DNA of 54,327 nucleotides. Source: Robiginitomaculum sp. GTDB taxonomy: Bacteria > Pseudomonadota > Alphaproteobacteria > Caulobacterales > Maricaulaceae. The translations under genes were made by a program, and so were the position numbers. The stretch lies in the NCBI GenBank assembly GCA_021776555.1, contig JAJFFR010000261.1, forward strand, positions 1-54,327, read 5' to 3'. This document shows, in pieces, positions 19,944 through 28,615 of the stretch (positions are counted from its first letter, which is position 1; each line of letters starts with the position of its first letter). The notes beneath the pieces were generated by a model. That model did not search any database. It saw only the letters and a list, made by a program, of their open reading frames with translations, and was not told where the DNA came from.

Positions 19944-21863
19944 TTATTGATTTCGATAGGATTGTAAAATCGCAGCGAGTTGATTGGGTTGGACTGGTTT
20001 GGCCAGCACCATAAACCCAGCTGATCTTATTTTAGTTAGGATAGACGGTTCAGTTGCTCCGGTTACGATCAGGGCTGGTAGCTCCTGTTTTGTCAGAGTG
20101 CGTAGTTTTCTGATGACTTGAAGTCCATCCGTGCCAATCAAATGATAATCGACAATTAACAATTGAGGGTCAAAGCCACGTGCCAAGTGGTTTTGGGTTT
20201 GCTCCAAACCAGATGCCACCCGGCATTCGCATTGCCAACTTTCCAGTAGTGTGCCCATCGCATCCAGAATGTCTGGTTCATCATCAATTGCCAAAACTCG
20301 CATGCCAGCCATGTCTAAGCTATCTGACTCTAGGACAGGCAGAGGCGTTATATCTGATTTTTGATCCGGGTTATCCGGCAGCTCTAGTAAAAAGGCACTG
20401 CCTTTTTTCGAGGTTGCGGAAATTCGAATGGAGCCGCCCAAGGCCCGTGTGAATTCATTGACCACATACAGGCCCAAGCCATAACCGCCTTGCGCTTCCG
20501 GTTCTTCATTTCGTAAGGAAACATAAGATTCAAATATCCGGTTGGCATCTTCAGAGGCAATGCCCGGCCCATCGTCAGAAATGTGAATTTCCCACCCGGT
20601 TGGTGTGCGGCTTGCTTTGATCTCAATATGTGATCTGGCTGCTTTTAAGGCATTATCCAACAAATTGCTCAATACTCGTTGCAACATCCCATGATCGCTA
20701 ATCAAATTACCTGCCTCGCAGGAAAACTTGAATTTAACATTTTGTTTTTCGGCCTGAATTTCAAAACTATTGGCAAGTTGTGAAATCAAAGGGCGCATTT
20801 CGGTTTCGGAAAATACAGGTTCAAGATTTTTGGCCTCAACCCGGGCGGTGTCGAGTGTATCTTGTAACAGGCTGCTTAGGCTGGTGATTGAATTGCCTTG
20901 CTTTTCAACTAATCCCGCAATTGCGTTGTCCTCTACTTTACGTTTTAGGGCCGAGTTGAACATGGCTAGAGCGTGCAAGGGTTGGCGCAAATCATGACTG
21001 GCAGCTGCGATAAATCTGGCTCCCTCCAGCGCGCTATTTTCAGCGCGGGCGGCGGCAGCCTTAAATGACCGCGTACGGTTATGTACCTGCTTTTCCAGCT
21101 CTAAGTTCAAACTTTCTAATTCGCGAGAGGTGCGCCGGGCGTGGTGAAATGATCGCTGTAAGCGCAACAAGAGCGCGTAAGAATAACCGACCCCCAGCAC
21201 CAGAACCCCAAACGGAGTTAAATCAAAACCGTTGCCATTGTCGGTATAGATAACTGCATCATTGATCGCGGTCAGGAAGAATATGAAATTGGAAATTAGA
21301 ATAGCCCCGGCACCGGGCTGCTTGTCCCGCATCGCGCGGAAGGTAAATATCAACGTAAATAAAATCACGCTGACATTCAGCGCAATCGAGAAATCACGGG
21401 TGTGCGTATAAATGCTCTCAGGCGTGATCAGCACAAAAATAGACATTGCCAATCCAAAATGAATAATCCAGCGGGAAATTTGTTTTGGGAAATGGTCGGG
21501 AAAAGCTGAGCAGAAAAACAACAAATAGACGCTCGGCGCGGCAAACAGCGACAGGTACACCAGTTTCAAATTGGCCCAATAGGCAGATTCAGGAAAATAG
21601 ATGTGAAAATACGGAATAACGCCGGATATCCGCACCACCAGAATAAAACACAACAAGCTAAACCACAGATGCACCGGCCCATTTTCCCGGTCATCTCGAT
21701 CGGCCAGATAAAAAATCAGATGAAACAGACCAATAGAAAATAGAACTCCGAGTACTAGGACATAATAAAATGTCATGGTGCCCAGCCTTTTTTGGAGCAA
21801 CACCTGATCCCAAATAACGATCGGATGACCCGGCCCACCATAGGCATGAGAAGCATTGGCCAA
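19944..21863 (-). CDS. Hybrid sensor histidine kinase/response regulator, 7TMR-DISM 7-TM module (C-terminal part of an interrupted gene)
   Basis: 639-aa ORF with about 7 TM helices. H-box AAASHDLRQPLHAL, N-box LLDNALKAA, G-boxes DDGPGI and GYGLGL, and a C-terminal receiver (LLIVDYHL, LAKPV). The upstream frame is open back to the TAG at 21891-21893. Confidence 0.85.
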   Translation of the reverse strand: MANASHAYGGPGHPIVIWDQVLLQKRLGTMTFYYVLVLGVLFSIGLFHLIFYLADRDDRENGPVHLWFSLLCFILVVRISGVIPYFHIYFPESAYWANLKLVYLSLFAAPSVYLLFFCSAFPDHFPKQISRWIIHFGLAMSIFVLITPESIYTHTRDFSIALNVSVILFTLIFTFRAMRDKQPGAGAILISNFIFFLTAINDAVIYTDNGNGFDLTPFGVLVLGVGYSYALLLRLQRSFHHARRTSRELESLNLELEKQVHNRTRSFKAAAARAENSALEGARFIAAASHDLRQPLHALAMFNSALKRKVEDNAIAGLVEKQGNSITSLSSLLQDTLDTARVEAKNLEPVFSETEMRPLISQLANSFEIQAEKQNVKFKFSCEAGNLISDHGMLQRVLSNLLDNALKAARSHIEIKASRTPTGWEIHISDDGPGIASEDANRIFESYVSLRNEEPEAQGGYGLGLYVVNEFTRALGGSIRISATSKKGSAFLLELPDNPDQKSDITPLPVLESDSLDMAGMRVLAIDDEPDILDAMGTLLESWQCECRVASGLEQTQNHLARGFDPQLLIVDYHLIGTDGLQVIRKLRTLTKQELPALIVTGATEPSILTKIRSAGFMVLAKPVQPNQLAAILQSYRNQ

Positions 21864-21890
21864 TTGCAGGACAAGGACACTTTCCCCATC

Positions 21891-22373
21891 CTAAGCCGGG
21901 AAAATTCGGGAGGTGTAATTTGGATTGATTTCGTTCAGGTTGTTGGAAACCACGCCATTGCCGCCAACCAAAACATCATCCACATAGAGCCGCCAGGCCG
22001 CATTGGGTGAGACCATATGAAACGATAGATCACGATTGTAGGAGGGAAGTTCCAGCCGCGCCCGATAGGTGGCTACTCCATATGGGCCTTTGAAACCAGA
22101 TGATTGAGCTGTCGTCCATCGGCCCGGCATGGTCACCAAATCGCCCTGATAGTGGGCATCAAATTCCGTTGGACCAATTAGTTTGCCCCAAACGACTTCC
22201 CACTCTCCGGATAAGTTCAGGGGCTGGCCCGACATGAACTTCCAGTCCGGCGCTGATAATTTGCCTTGCTCCACAGCAATAGGTTCAGCTTGGCCGTTTG
22301 CCGGGTAAACCCAAAGCAAGCCGATCAGCCATAAAAGCCACAAAGGGAAAGTTGAAATGTAGTTTCTGCTCAT
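21891..22373 (-). CDS. 7TMR-DISMED2-like periplasmic sensor domain with signal peptide (N-terminal part of the same interrupted kinase gene)
   Basis: 160-aa ORF. Signal/TM LWLLWLIGLLWVYPANG. SGEWEVVWGKLIGPTEF, PGRW...GVATYRARLELP and WRLYVDDVLVGGNG match the DISMED2 pattern. It ends at a TAG that is in frame with the kinase ORF 27 nt downstream. Confidence 0.7.
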   Translation of the reverse strand: MSRNYISTFPLWLLWLIGLLWVYPANGQAEPIAVEQGKLSAPDWKFMSGQPLNLSGEWEVVWGKLIGPTEFDAHYQGDLVTMPGRWTTAQSSGFKGPYGVATYRARLELPSYNRDLSFHMVSPNAAWRLYVDDVLVGGNGVVSNNLNEINPNYTSRIFPA

Positions 22374-22508
22374 AAAACCGGTTCACAAAAAAAGGAATGA
22401 TCAACATAGACCAAATCTGGGCCGAACGTCAGACTTACCCACTTCACCTGAAACTGCATATACGCAGATGTGCTAATGGGAAGCTCTTTTTAGGGTGTGT
22501 ATGGTCTT

Positions 22509-23039
22509 ATGAAATTGCCCATTCAATGGGTGTCTTGGCTTTGGGATTCATATGATCGAGCGGGTAAAATAGTGAAAGACATTCGAACGCAGCAGACTGT
22601 TGGGCGAATTATCGATCATATCGAAGTGCTTGATTGCTTTGAAAAGACCTTGTCGCGTTACAAGGAACTAAATTGGGACCATCTGTTGCCTTGCTTGGCA
22701 CAGCAGCCTCGCATGGTAATCGCCAAGGCGTTGGCCGAACACGGCCAGCAGTTTATTTTGGATACCGGAGAAATTCCAAATCTGTGGGAATTGATACAGG
22801 CAATGCCGGTTTCCACCAAAAAATACCACTTGTTTGCCTTGATGGCAAACCGAAATCAGGGCGAGGAAATGAAGATGTACCGCTTCATTTTTATCCGCGA
22901 ACCCCAAGTCAATACAACAGATCCAAAATGGTTGCTGCACTCGGCACTGCGCTTATCTGAGACTGAATTTAACTCTGGCCTACAAGCCTGTTTGAGGTGG
23001 ATGCCTGAAACCTATGATCGTCGCAAATCAGTTGATTGA
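22509..23039 (+). CDS. Hypothetical protein (paralogous to the C-terminal half of the next ORF)
   Basis: The ORF track starts at GTG 22497; the first ATG is at 22509 (MKLPIQW). No signal peptide and no family recognised. See findings for the alignment to 23064..24035. Confidence 0.6.
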   Translation: MKLPIQWVSWLWDSYDRAGKIVKDIRTQQTVGRIIDHIEVLDCFEKTLSRYKELNWDHLLPCLAQQPRMVIAKALAEHGQQFILDTGEIPNLWELIQAMPVSTKKYHLFALMANRNQGEEMKMYRFIFIREPQVNTTDPKWLLHSALRLSETEFNSGLQACLRWMPETYDRRKSVD

Positions 23040-23063
23040 TCCGCACAAAAAGAAAGAACTGAT

Positions 23064-24035
23064 ATGACCTATTTGCTCTCCAGATATGTCGGCGCGCCCT
23101 TACTGGCGGCAGTTCTATTCATGCTGGTGGCTTGTGATGCAGCACCTACAAAAATGAGTGAAGCTAAGGCCAAAGCTTTGGCCCAAGCAGAGATTTTAGA
23201 AAATGCGCGTTTTGGATTTTTGGGTTCCATGCGCGCATGGCATATGGCCAGATCAGATGGGCTGGGCAGCCTCTTGTACACACTTCGAGTTGAAGGGCCG
23301 ATGAATATAAAATTCGATGATATGTACAGAAATGGCGTTACACGTGTTCCTGAAAATTGGACCCTTGAATGTCTGAAATGTGCAAGCCCGGTGCAGTGCG
23401 AAGCGGATGTTACCGTAAAGTTCGACATAGATGCTGCACCGTCCTTGCGCCGCTATGAATTACAAAAAGCTGGGTTTTTTGGTCTGTACCAAGAGCATAT
23501 TCTAGAGGACAGCTCAGCGCTCCGTCAGACATGGGCCGCTTGCAAAATTGACAATGAGCAGGCCCACACACTGGTTGAAATTGCCATGGAACGGTTTTTT
23601 CCAAGTGTTGATTCCGGGCATCTTGCCAAGACCGTTACCCGAATTTTTAACCGGGAGTTCAAAGCCTATCGAGATGAAGATTGGGAGCACCTGCCTAATC
23701 TTTTGGCCGAGTTTCCGCGCCGCGCATATTTGGTGCAACGGGAAGTGCCTAACAGCCCAGAACGATTGGTACAAAGTGGTGAGCTGCCGGTTAAGTGGAA
23801 GCTGGGCTGCGCTGCGTTGCGGGTGAACGGAACGTATGGTTTTTATGCGCGCTTTACCCAAAGACAATCTCCAAAAACATGGAAACCTTTTCACATTGTA
23901 TTTGTGGCAACCCATTTAAGACCGCCGCCAGATAATTGGGACATGGGTAGCATCTTGCATCTGACCGAAGATCAATACCAACAGGAATTGGCGACCTGTC
24001 AGCAAAAAACCAAAGATCGACCCAGGAAATCCTGA
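23064..24035 (+). CDS. Hypothetical lipoprotein
   Basis: 323-aa ORF. Lipobox-like FMLVAC. The C-terminal ~130 aa align by eye with the preceding 180-aa ORF. Confidence 0.65.
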   Translation: MTYLLSRYVGAPLLAAVLFMLVACDAAPTKMSEAKAKALAQAEILENARFGFLGSMRAWHMARSDGLGSLLYTLRVEGPMNIKFDDMYRNGVTRVPENWTLECLKCASPVQCEADVTVKFDIDAAPSLRRYELQKAGFFGLYQEHILEDSSALRQTWAACKIDNEQAHTLVEIAMERFFPSVDSGHLAKTVTRIFNREFKAYRDEDWEHLPNLLAEFPRRAYLVQREVPNSPERLVQSGELPVKWKLGCAALRVNGTYGFYARFTQRQSPKTWKPFHIVFVATHLRPPPDNWDMGSILHLTEDQYQQELATCQQKTKDRPRKS

Positions 24036-24102
24036 ATTTATCATCATAGCCTTGTGACTTTGCGCGCAACCCGGCTAGATTGGCCGCTGGAGGGGTTTGT
24101 AA

Positions 24103-26379
24103 ATGGGTTTGTTCAAGACACTTGGGTTAAGTTTGATTGCGGTTCTGGTCGGGGCTGGAATGTATCTGTTCGGAATGAAGCAAAACTGGTTCGGGGAACA
24201 TCGTTTGCCGGGGACAATCGAAGGCCCAGCGATACCGGATCATATTGTCAAGCAACGGGCTGCAACTCAACGCTCTAGTGCCAATGCGCTAGGAAGTCAG
24301 GCACCCAAGCAAATCCTGTTTGGTGATTTGCACGTACATACAACCTATTCCACCGATGCCTTTATGTGGTCCTTGCCGGTGTTTGGCGGAGAAGGCTCAC
24401 ACCCATTGGCCGATGCTTGCGATTTTGCACGCTATTGCTCCGCCATTGATTTTTGGTCGATCAATGATCACGCCGAGGCTTCCACGCCAGACCGGTGGGC
24501 TGAAACCAAAGAGAGCATCCGGCAATGCAATGCCGTAGCAGGTGATCCGGCCAATCCGGATATGGTCGCGTTCATGGGCTTTGAATGGTCGCAAGTTGGC
24601 CGGACGCCGCTAGAACATTTCGGCCATAAAAATGTGATCTTCAAAGGCTTAAGCGATGATGAGCTGAGCCTTCGCCCGATTGCGGCTGCTGGTGTGGCCA
24701 GCGCAACCATTCGCGGGTCAGCAACTGATCTCGACTGGCGACTGGCGCTGACTGATTTTTCCAACCGTCAGAATTATTTCGATTTTCGGACCTTTGCTGC
24801 CGAAATTCGTTCGGTACCGGATTGTGACCCGACCATCGCGTCCCCTGAACTTTCGCTGAATTGTTATGAGCAGGCAGCTGACCCCGGTGATCTGACTTTG
24901 CGATTGGACGCACAGAGTCTGGAGTATTTGTTGATCCCGCACGGGACCAGTTGGGGTTTTTATACGCCGCCCAGCACGTCATTCGACAAACAACTTGCAC
25001 CCAATATGAGACCTGAAAAACAGCCTTTGATTGAGATCATGTCTGGCCACGGCAATTCGGAAGAATATCGCTCATGGCGCAGCATTGATGTGGTGGATGA
25101 AAAAAACCTGATTGCATTCTGTCCGAAGCCTTCAAAGAATTATCTGCCGGGGTGTTGGCAGGCTGGTCAGATCATATTGGAACGATGCACGGATGCCGGT
25201 GAGAGCGCAGCTGAATGTAAGGCTCGTGCTGAAACAGCACGCGAACGGTATGCTGCGCTGGGTGTAGCGGGGCATACCATTATTGCCGGGGCGCAAATCG
25301 ATGACTGGCTGGATGCCGGTCAGTGCAAGGACTGTTTTTTACCGCCTTTGAACCACCGTCCCGGTGTTTCTGTGCAATACGGATTAGCCATTAGCAATTT
25401 TGAAAAAGATGCGGACAACCCAACACGCTTTGATTGGGGTTTTGTGGCAGCGTCTGATAATCACCGGGCGCGTCCGGGTACCGGCTATAAGGCTCATTCC
25501 CGGTTTATGATGACGGAGGCATCGGGGCCAACCACTGAGAAATTGCGAAGCACCATGTTTCCTCCTGTCGAGAAAAAGGCGGAATCTCTGAATATCACCA
25601 GACAAAATATCTGGGACAATCCGGGGTTTCATTTGTTGGAGCTGGAACGCCAAGCCTCATTTTTCACCACCGGTGGTCTGACCGCTGTACATGCTGAAGG
25701 GCGTTCGCGTGGGGCGGTATGGGGTGCCATGAAACGTCGTGAAACTTATGCCACGTCCGGGCCACGTATGTTGCTTTGGTTTGATTTACTTGGCACAGAA
25801 GGTGACGTGCATCCAATGGGCAGCAAGGTAGAACAAGGCGCTGTTCCGCGTTTTCGGGTTCGTGCGGCTGGTGCGTTCAAACAAAAACCCGGTTGCCCGG
25901 AATTTGCTGAGCAAGGCTTGCCTGGCGAACGATTGGACAAATTATGTCGGGGTGAATGTTACAATCCATCTGATGAACGTCAGAAAATCGTTCGGATTGA
26001 GGTGGTTAAAATCACGCCGCAAGTGTTTGCGAATGAACTGGTCGATAATCTGATTCATGATACGTGGAAAAGCTTTCCCTGCGATGATCAGGGGCAGGGC
26101 TGCACGATTGAGTTTGAAGATCCAGAATATCTGAGTGATAGTCGCGATGCCCTCTACTATGTACGGGCCATCCAAGAGGCAACGCCGACCGTAAATGGTG
26201 CCAATTTACGCTGCATTTTTGATGCGGAGGGCAAATGTATCTCGGTAAATCCATGTTATGGCGATTATCGGACCCCCAAGAGTGACAATTGTCTAGCTGA
26301 TGTTGAAAACCGAGCGTGGTCATCGCCGATCAATTTGCAATATGCCGCCAGTACCGCCGAAGTTGAAACCGCCAACTAA
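24103..26379 (+). CDS. Membrane-anchored DUF3604-like protein (PHP-like metal site)
   Basis: 758-aa ORF. GGAGGGG SD upstream. N-terminal TM (LGLSLIAVLVGAGMYLF). ILFGDLHVHTTYSTDAF and WSINDHAE are typical of DUF3604/PHP-type metal-binding N-termini. Many paired Cys. Confidence 0.65.
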   Translation: MGLFKTLGLSLIAVLVGAGMYLFGMKQNWFGEHRLPGTIEGPAIPDHIVKQRAATQRSSANALGSQAPKQILFGDLHVHTTYSTDAFMWSLPVFGGEGSHPLADACDFARYCSAIDFWSINDHAEASTPDRWAETKESIRQCNAVAGDPANPDMVAFMGFEWSQVGRTPLEHFGHKNVIFKGLSDDELSLRPIAAAGVASATIRGSATDLDWRLALTDFSNRQNYFDFRTFAAEIRSVPDCDPTIASPELSLNCYEQAADPGDLTLRLDAQSLEYLLIPHGTSWGFYTPPSTSFDKQLAPNMRPEKQPLIEIMSGHGNSEEYRSWRSIDVVDEKNLIAFCPKPSKNYLPGCWQAGQIILERCTDAGESAAECKARAETARERYAALGVAGHTIIAGAQIDDWLDAGQCKDCFLPPLNHRPGVSVQYGLAISNFEKDADNPTRFDWGFVAASDNHRARPGTGYKAHSRFMMTEASGPTTEKLRSTMFPPVEKKAESLNITRQNIWDNPGFHLLELERQASFFTTGGLTAVHAEGRSRGAVWGAMKRRETYATSGPRMLLWFDLLGTEGDVHPMGSKVEQGAVPRFRVRAAGAFKQKPGCPEFAEQGLPGERLDKLCRGECYNPSDERQKIVRIEVVKITPQVFANELVDNLIHDTWKSFPCDDQGQGCTIEFEDPEYLSDSRDALYYVRAIQEATPTVNGANLRCIFDAEGKCISVNPCYGDYRTPKSDNCLADVENRAWSSPINLQYAASTAEVETAN

Positions 26380-26382
26380 CGG

Positions 26383-27261
26383 TTGGCAGTGCAGGTGAGC
26401 GAAGATCAAAATTGGCGGCATCGTGTTTTTGCAATGGGCGCGGTTATTGGGCTGGGGCTGGCTGCATTTGCCGCATTGGGTTCGGGCAAAATAGCTAGAG
26501 AAACATTGGCACCGGGTGCCATTGCCAGCGTGAATGGCAATATGATTTTGCGAGCAGATTTTGCTCGTGCGTTAACAGCCGTTTCGGTGGGGCGAACCAA
26601 CCCATTATTGCCTGCTGATGAAGCGGGTATTCTAGCCCGACTAATCGAAGAAGAATTGCTGGTGCAACGTGCATTGGATCGTGGATTTGCCCAAGCGGAC
26701 TCGCAATTGCGAAATGCGTTGGTCAACGCGGTTACCGCTGACGTAATTGCCCGCAGCCAGTCCCGACCAGTTTCTGAGCAAGATTTACAAAGTTACTACC
26801 AGAAAAATGTGGGGCGTTTTACCGTTCCGGCCCGCTATTCAATCCGAGTTTTGTTTTTTACTGGACAAGGTGGTGGTGAGCGTATGGCGGAATTTGATCA
26901 GACTTTAGCCGATGGTGAGAACCCGTCTGAACTGGTGCGGATATTTGGTGGCAAGACACTGGGTGTGCCAAGGGGTTTGCTTTCCGCCCGCAAAATCATC
27001 GATTATATTGGCCCTGTTCCAGCCACAGGACTGGACGATTTACACATTGGACAATGGTCGAGGGCCATACCTGATCGCCGGGGCGTGTGGCGGGTCTATC
27101 TGGAGGATCGCATTGAAGCCAAAATTCCGCCGCTACCAGAAATAGCGGAGCAAGTGCGGGTGGCTTTTACGAATGAGCGCGATGATGCCGCTTTGCGTCA
27201 CTTTTTGAATGCCATGAAAAAAGACGCGGACATCAACTATTCCAATGAAATCAACCCATGA
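26383..27261 (+). CDS. Membrane-anchored parvulin (PpiC)-like peptidyl-prolyl isomerase/chaperone-like protein
   Basis: 292-aa ORF; start uncertain (TTG 26383, GTG 26389 or ATG 26434). TM anchor, a SurA-N-like segment IASVNGNMILRADFARAL, and a degenerate rotamase-like region (FTVPARYSIRVLFF ... GQWSRAIPDRRGVWRVYLEDR). Confidence 0.5.
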   Translation: MAVQVSEDQNWRHRVFAMGAVIGLGLAAFAALGSGKIARETLAPGAIASVNGNMILRADFARALTAVSVGRTNPLLPADEAGILARLIEEELLVQRALDRGFAQADSQLRNALVNAVTADVIARSQSRPVSEQDLQSYYQKNVGRFTVPARYSIRVLFFTGQGGGERMAEFDQTLADGENPSELVRIFGGKTLGVPRGLLSARKIIDYIGPVPATGLDDLHIGQWSRAIPDRRGVWRVYLEDRIEAKIPPLPEIAEQVRVAFTNERDDAALRHFLNAMKKDADINYSNEINP

Positions 27262-28505
27262 GGAATTGCCGCTGGCAATTGGGGGCGTGGCACGCAATCT
27301 GGGTGGTCTTTTGTGTCAGTTGTCTGGCCGGTAGTGCATTGGCTCACTCTTCTAGTCGGTCCTTTTCCGAATGGCGCGAAGAGGGTCAAAATATACAGAT
27401 GATTTTCAGCATAGAGCGGGTGCAAGCCACCCTGCTGATCCCATTGCAAGACCAGAATTTGCCATTGGCCAGTGTACTGAGCGGCCATTTGGCGGCGAGC
27501 ATCCATGTGTCCCGGCTGGGGGATGTCAGTTTGTGCCAACCCTCCTTGCCACAACAAATGCCGTCCAGCCCTGAAACCTTGCGTATTCGAATGGTATTTA
27601 ATTGCGGCTCTGGCGATCAAGCGGCGGGTTGGTCGATTGAAAACAACGCATTTTTTGATTTGGCTTCGACCCATATTCATATCGCGCAATTGCAGAGCCA
27701 AGATCAACAGACAGAGCAGGTCTTTACCAACGCTCGGCGCTCACACGTATTGCGTGGAGTGGCGGGTGAACATGCGGATGTAAGTCTATGGGCCAATATA
27801 GTGCAATATATCCAATTGGGATTCATTCATATTTTAAGCGGGTGGGATCATCTGGCCTTTGTGGTCGGATTGATCATCTTGGCCGGGTCGCTTCGAAAAA
27901 CAGTATTTCTGGTTACTGGGTTTACCGTAGGTCATAGCCTGACGCTTGGTCTGGTTGCGCTGGGCTGGGTGCAGCCGGTAACTCCGGCGATTGAAGCGCT
28001 GATCGGGTTTTCGATCGCCTTTGTGGCTATGGAGTTCTTGTTATCTGGCGGTAGTTGGTGGCGTTCGGTGACTAAATGGCTGGCTGCTTTGTTCGCAGGA
28101 TTTGCGATCCTCGCGCTATTTGGATTTGGACAATTACCCAGCCTAGTTTGGGTTGGCTTGGGATTATTTGTGTACAGCACTGGGCAGTTAGAGGCCAAGT
28201 CGCGGCCTGGCCTATCGGGAGCGCTCATCCTGACCACTATTTTTGGGCTGGTGCATGGGGCTGGCTTTGCCACACCTCTGATGGAGGCGGGACTACCTAT
28301 TGGACGTCAAATCCCGGCATTAGCAGGGTTTAATATCGGTGTGGAAGTGGGACAATTGCTGGTCGTGGTGATCTGGCTGCTGGTGTTTGGCTTGATCACA
28401 AAATTGGCAGGTCAGCAACGAACCACGCAAACACAAATTGCCATGAGCGGGTTGATCTTGGTTTTAGGGATGTTCTGGTTTTCTGGTCGAGCCTTGATCG
28501 GCTAA
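27258..28505 (+). CDS. HupE/UreJ family membrane protein with an extra ~190-aa N-terminal periplasmic domain
   Basis: 415-aa ORF. ATGA overlap with the previous gene. Signal peptide. HILSGWDHLAFVVGL (HupE_UreJ_2 signature) followed by about 6 TM helices. Confidence 0.75.
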   Translation: MRNCRWQLGAWHAIWVVFCVSCLAGSALAHSSSRSFSEWREEGQNIQMIFSIERVQATLLIPLQDQNLPLASVLSGHLAASIHVSRLGDVSLCQPSLPQQMPSSPETLRIRMVFNCGSGDQAAGWSIENNAFFDLASTHIHIAQLQSQDQQTEQVFTNARRSHVLRGVAGEHADVSLWANIVQYIQLGFIHILSGWDHLAFVVGLIILAGSLRKTVFLVTGFTVGHSLTLGLVALGWVQPVTPAIEALIGFSIAFVAMEFLLSGGSWWRSVTKWLAALFAGFAILALFGFGQLPSLVWVGLGLFVYSTGQLEAKSRPGLSGALILTTIFGLVHGAGFATPLMEAGLPIGRQIPALAGFNIGVEVGQLLVVVIWLLVFGLITKLAGQQRTTQTQIAMSGLILVLGMFWFSGRALIG

Positions 28506-28615
28506 AGAACTCTACTTTGCTCAAATGGACAATTTGGCAATTTCTGTTAGGGTAAATGTAGGGTTTCAGAGAAAACCATGCAATTCGGGACGCAAAAAAC
28601 GATTGGGTTGACTGT

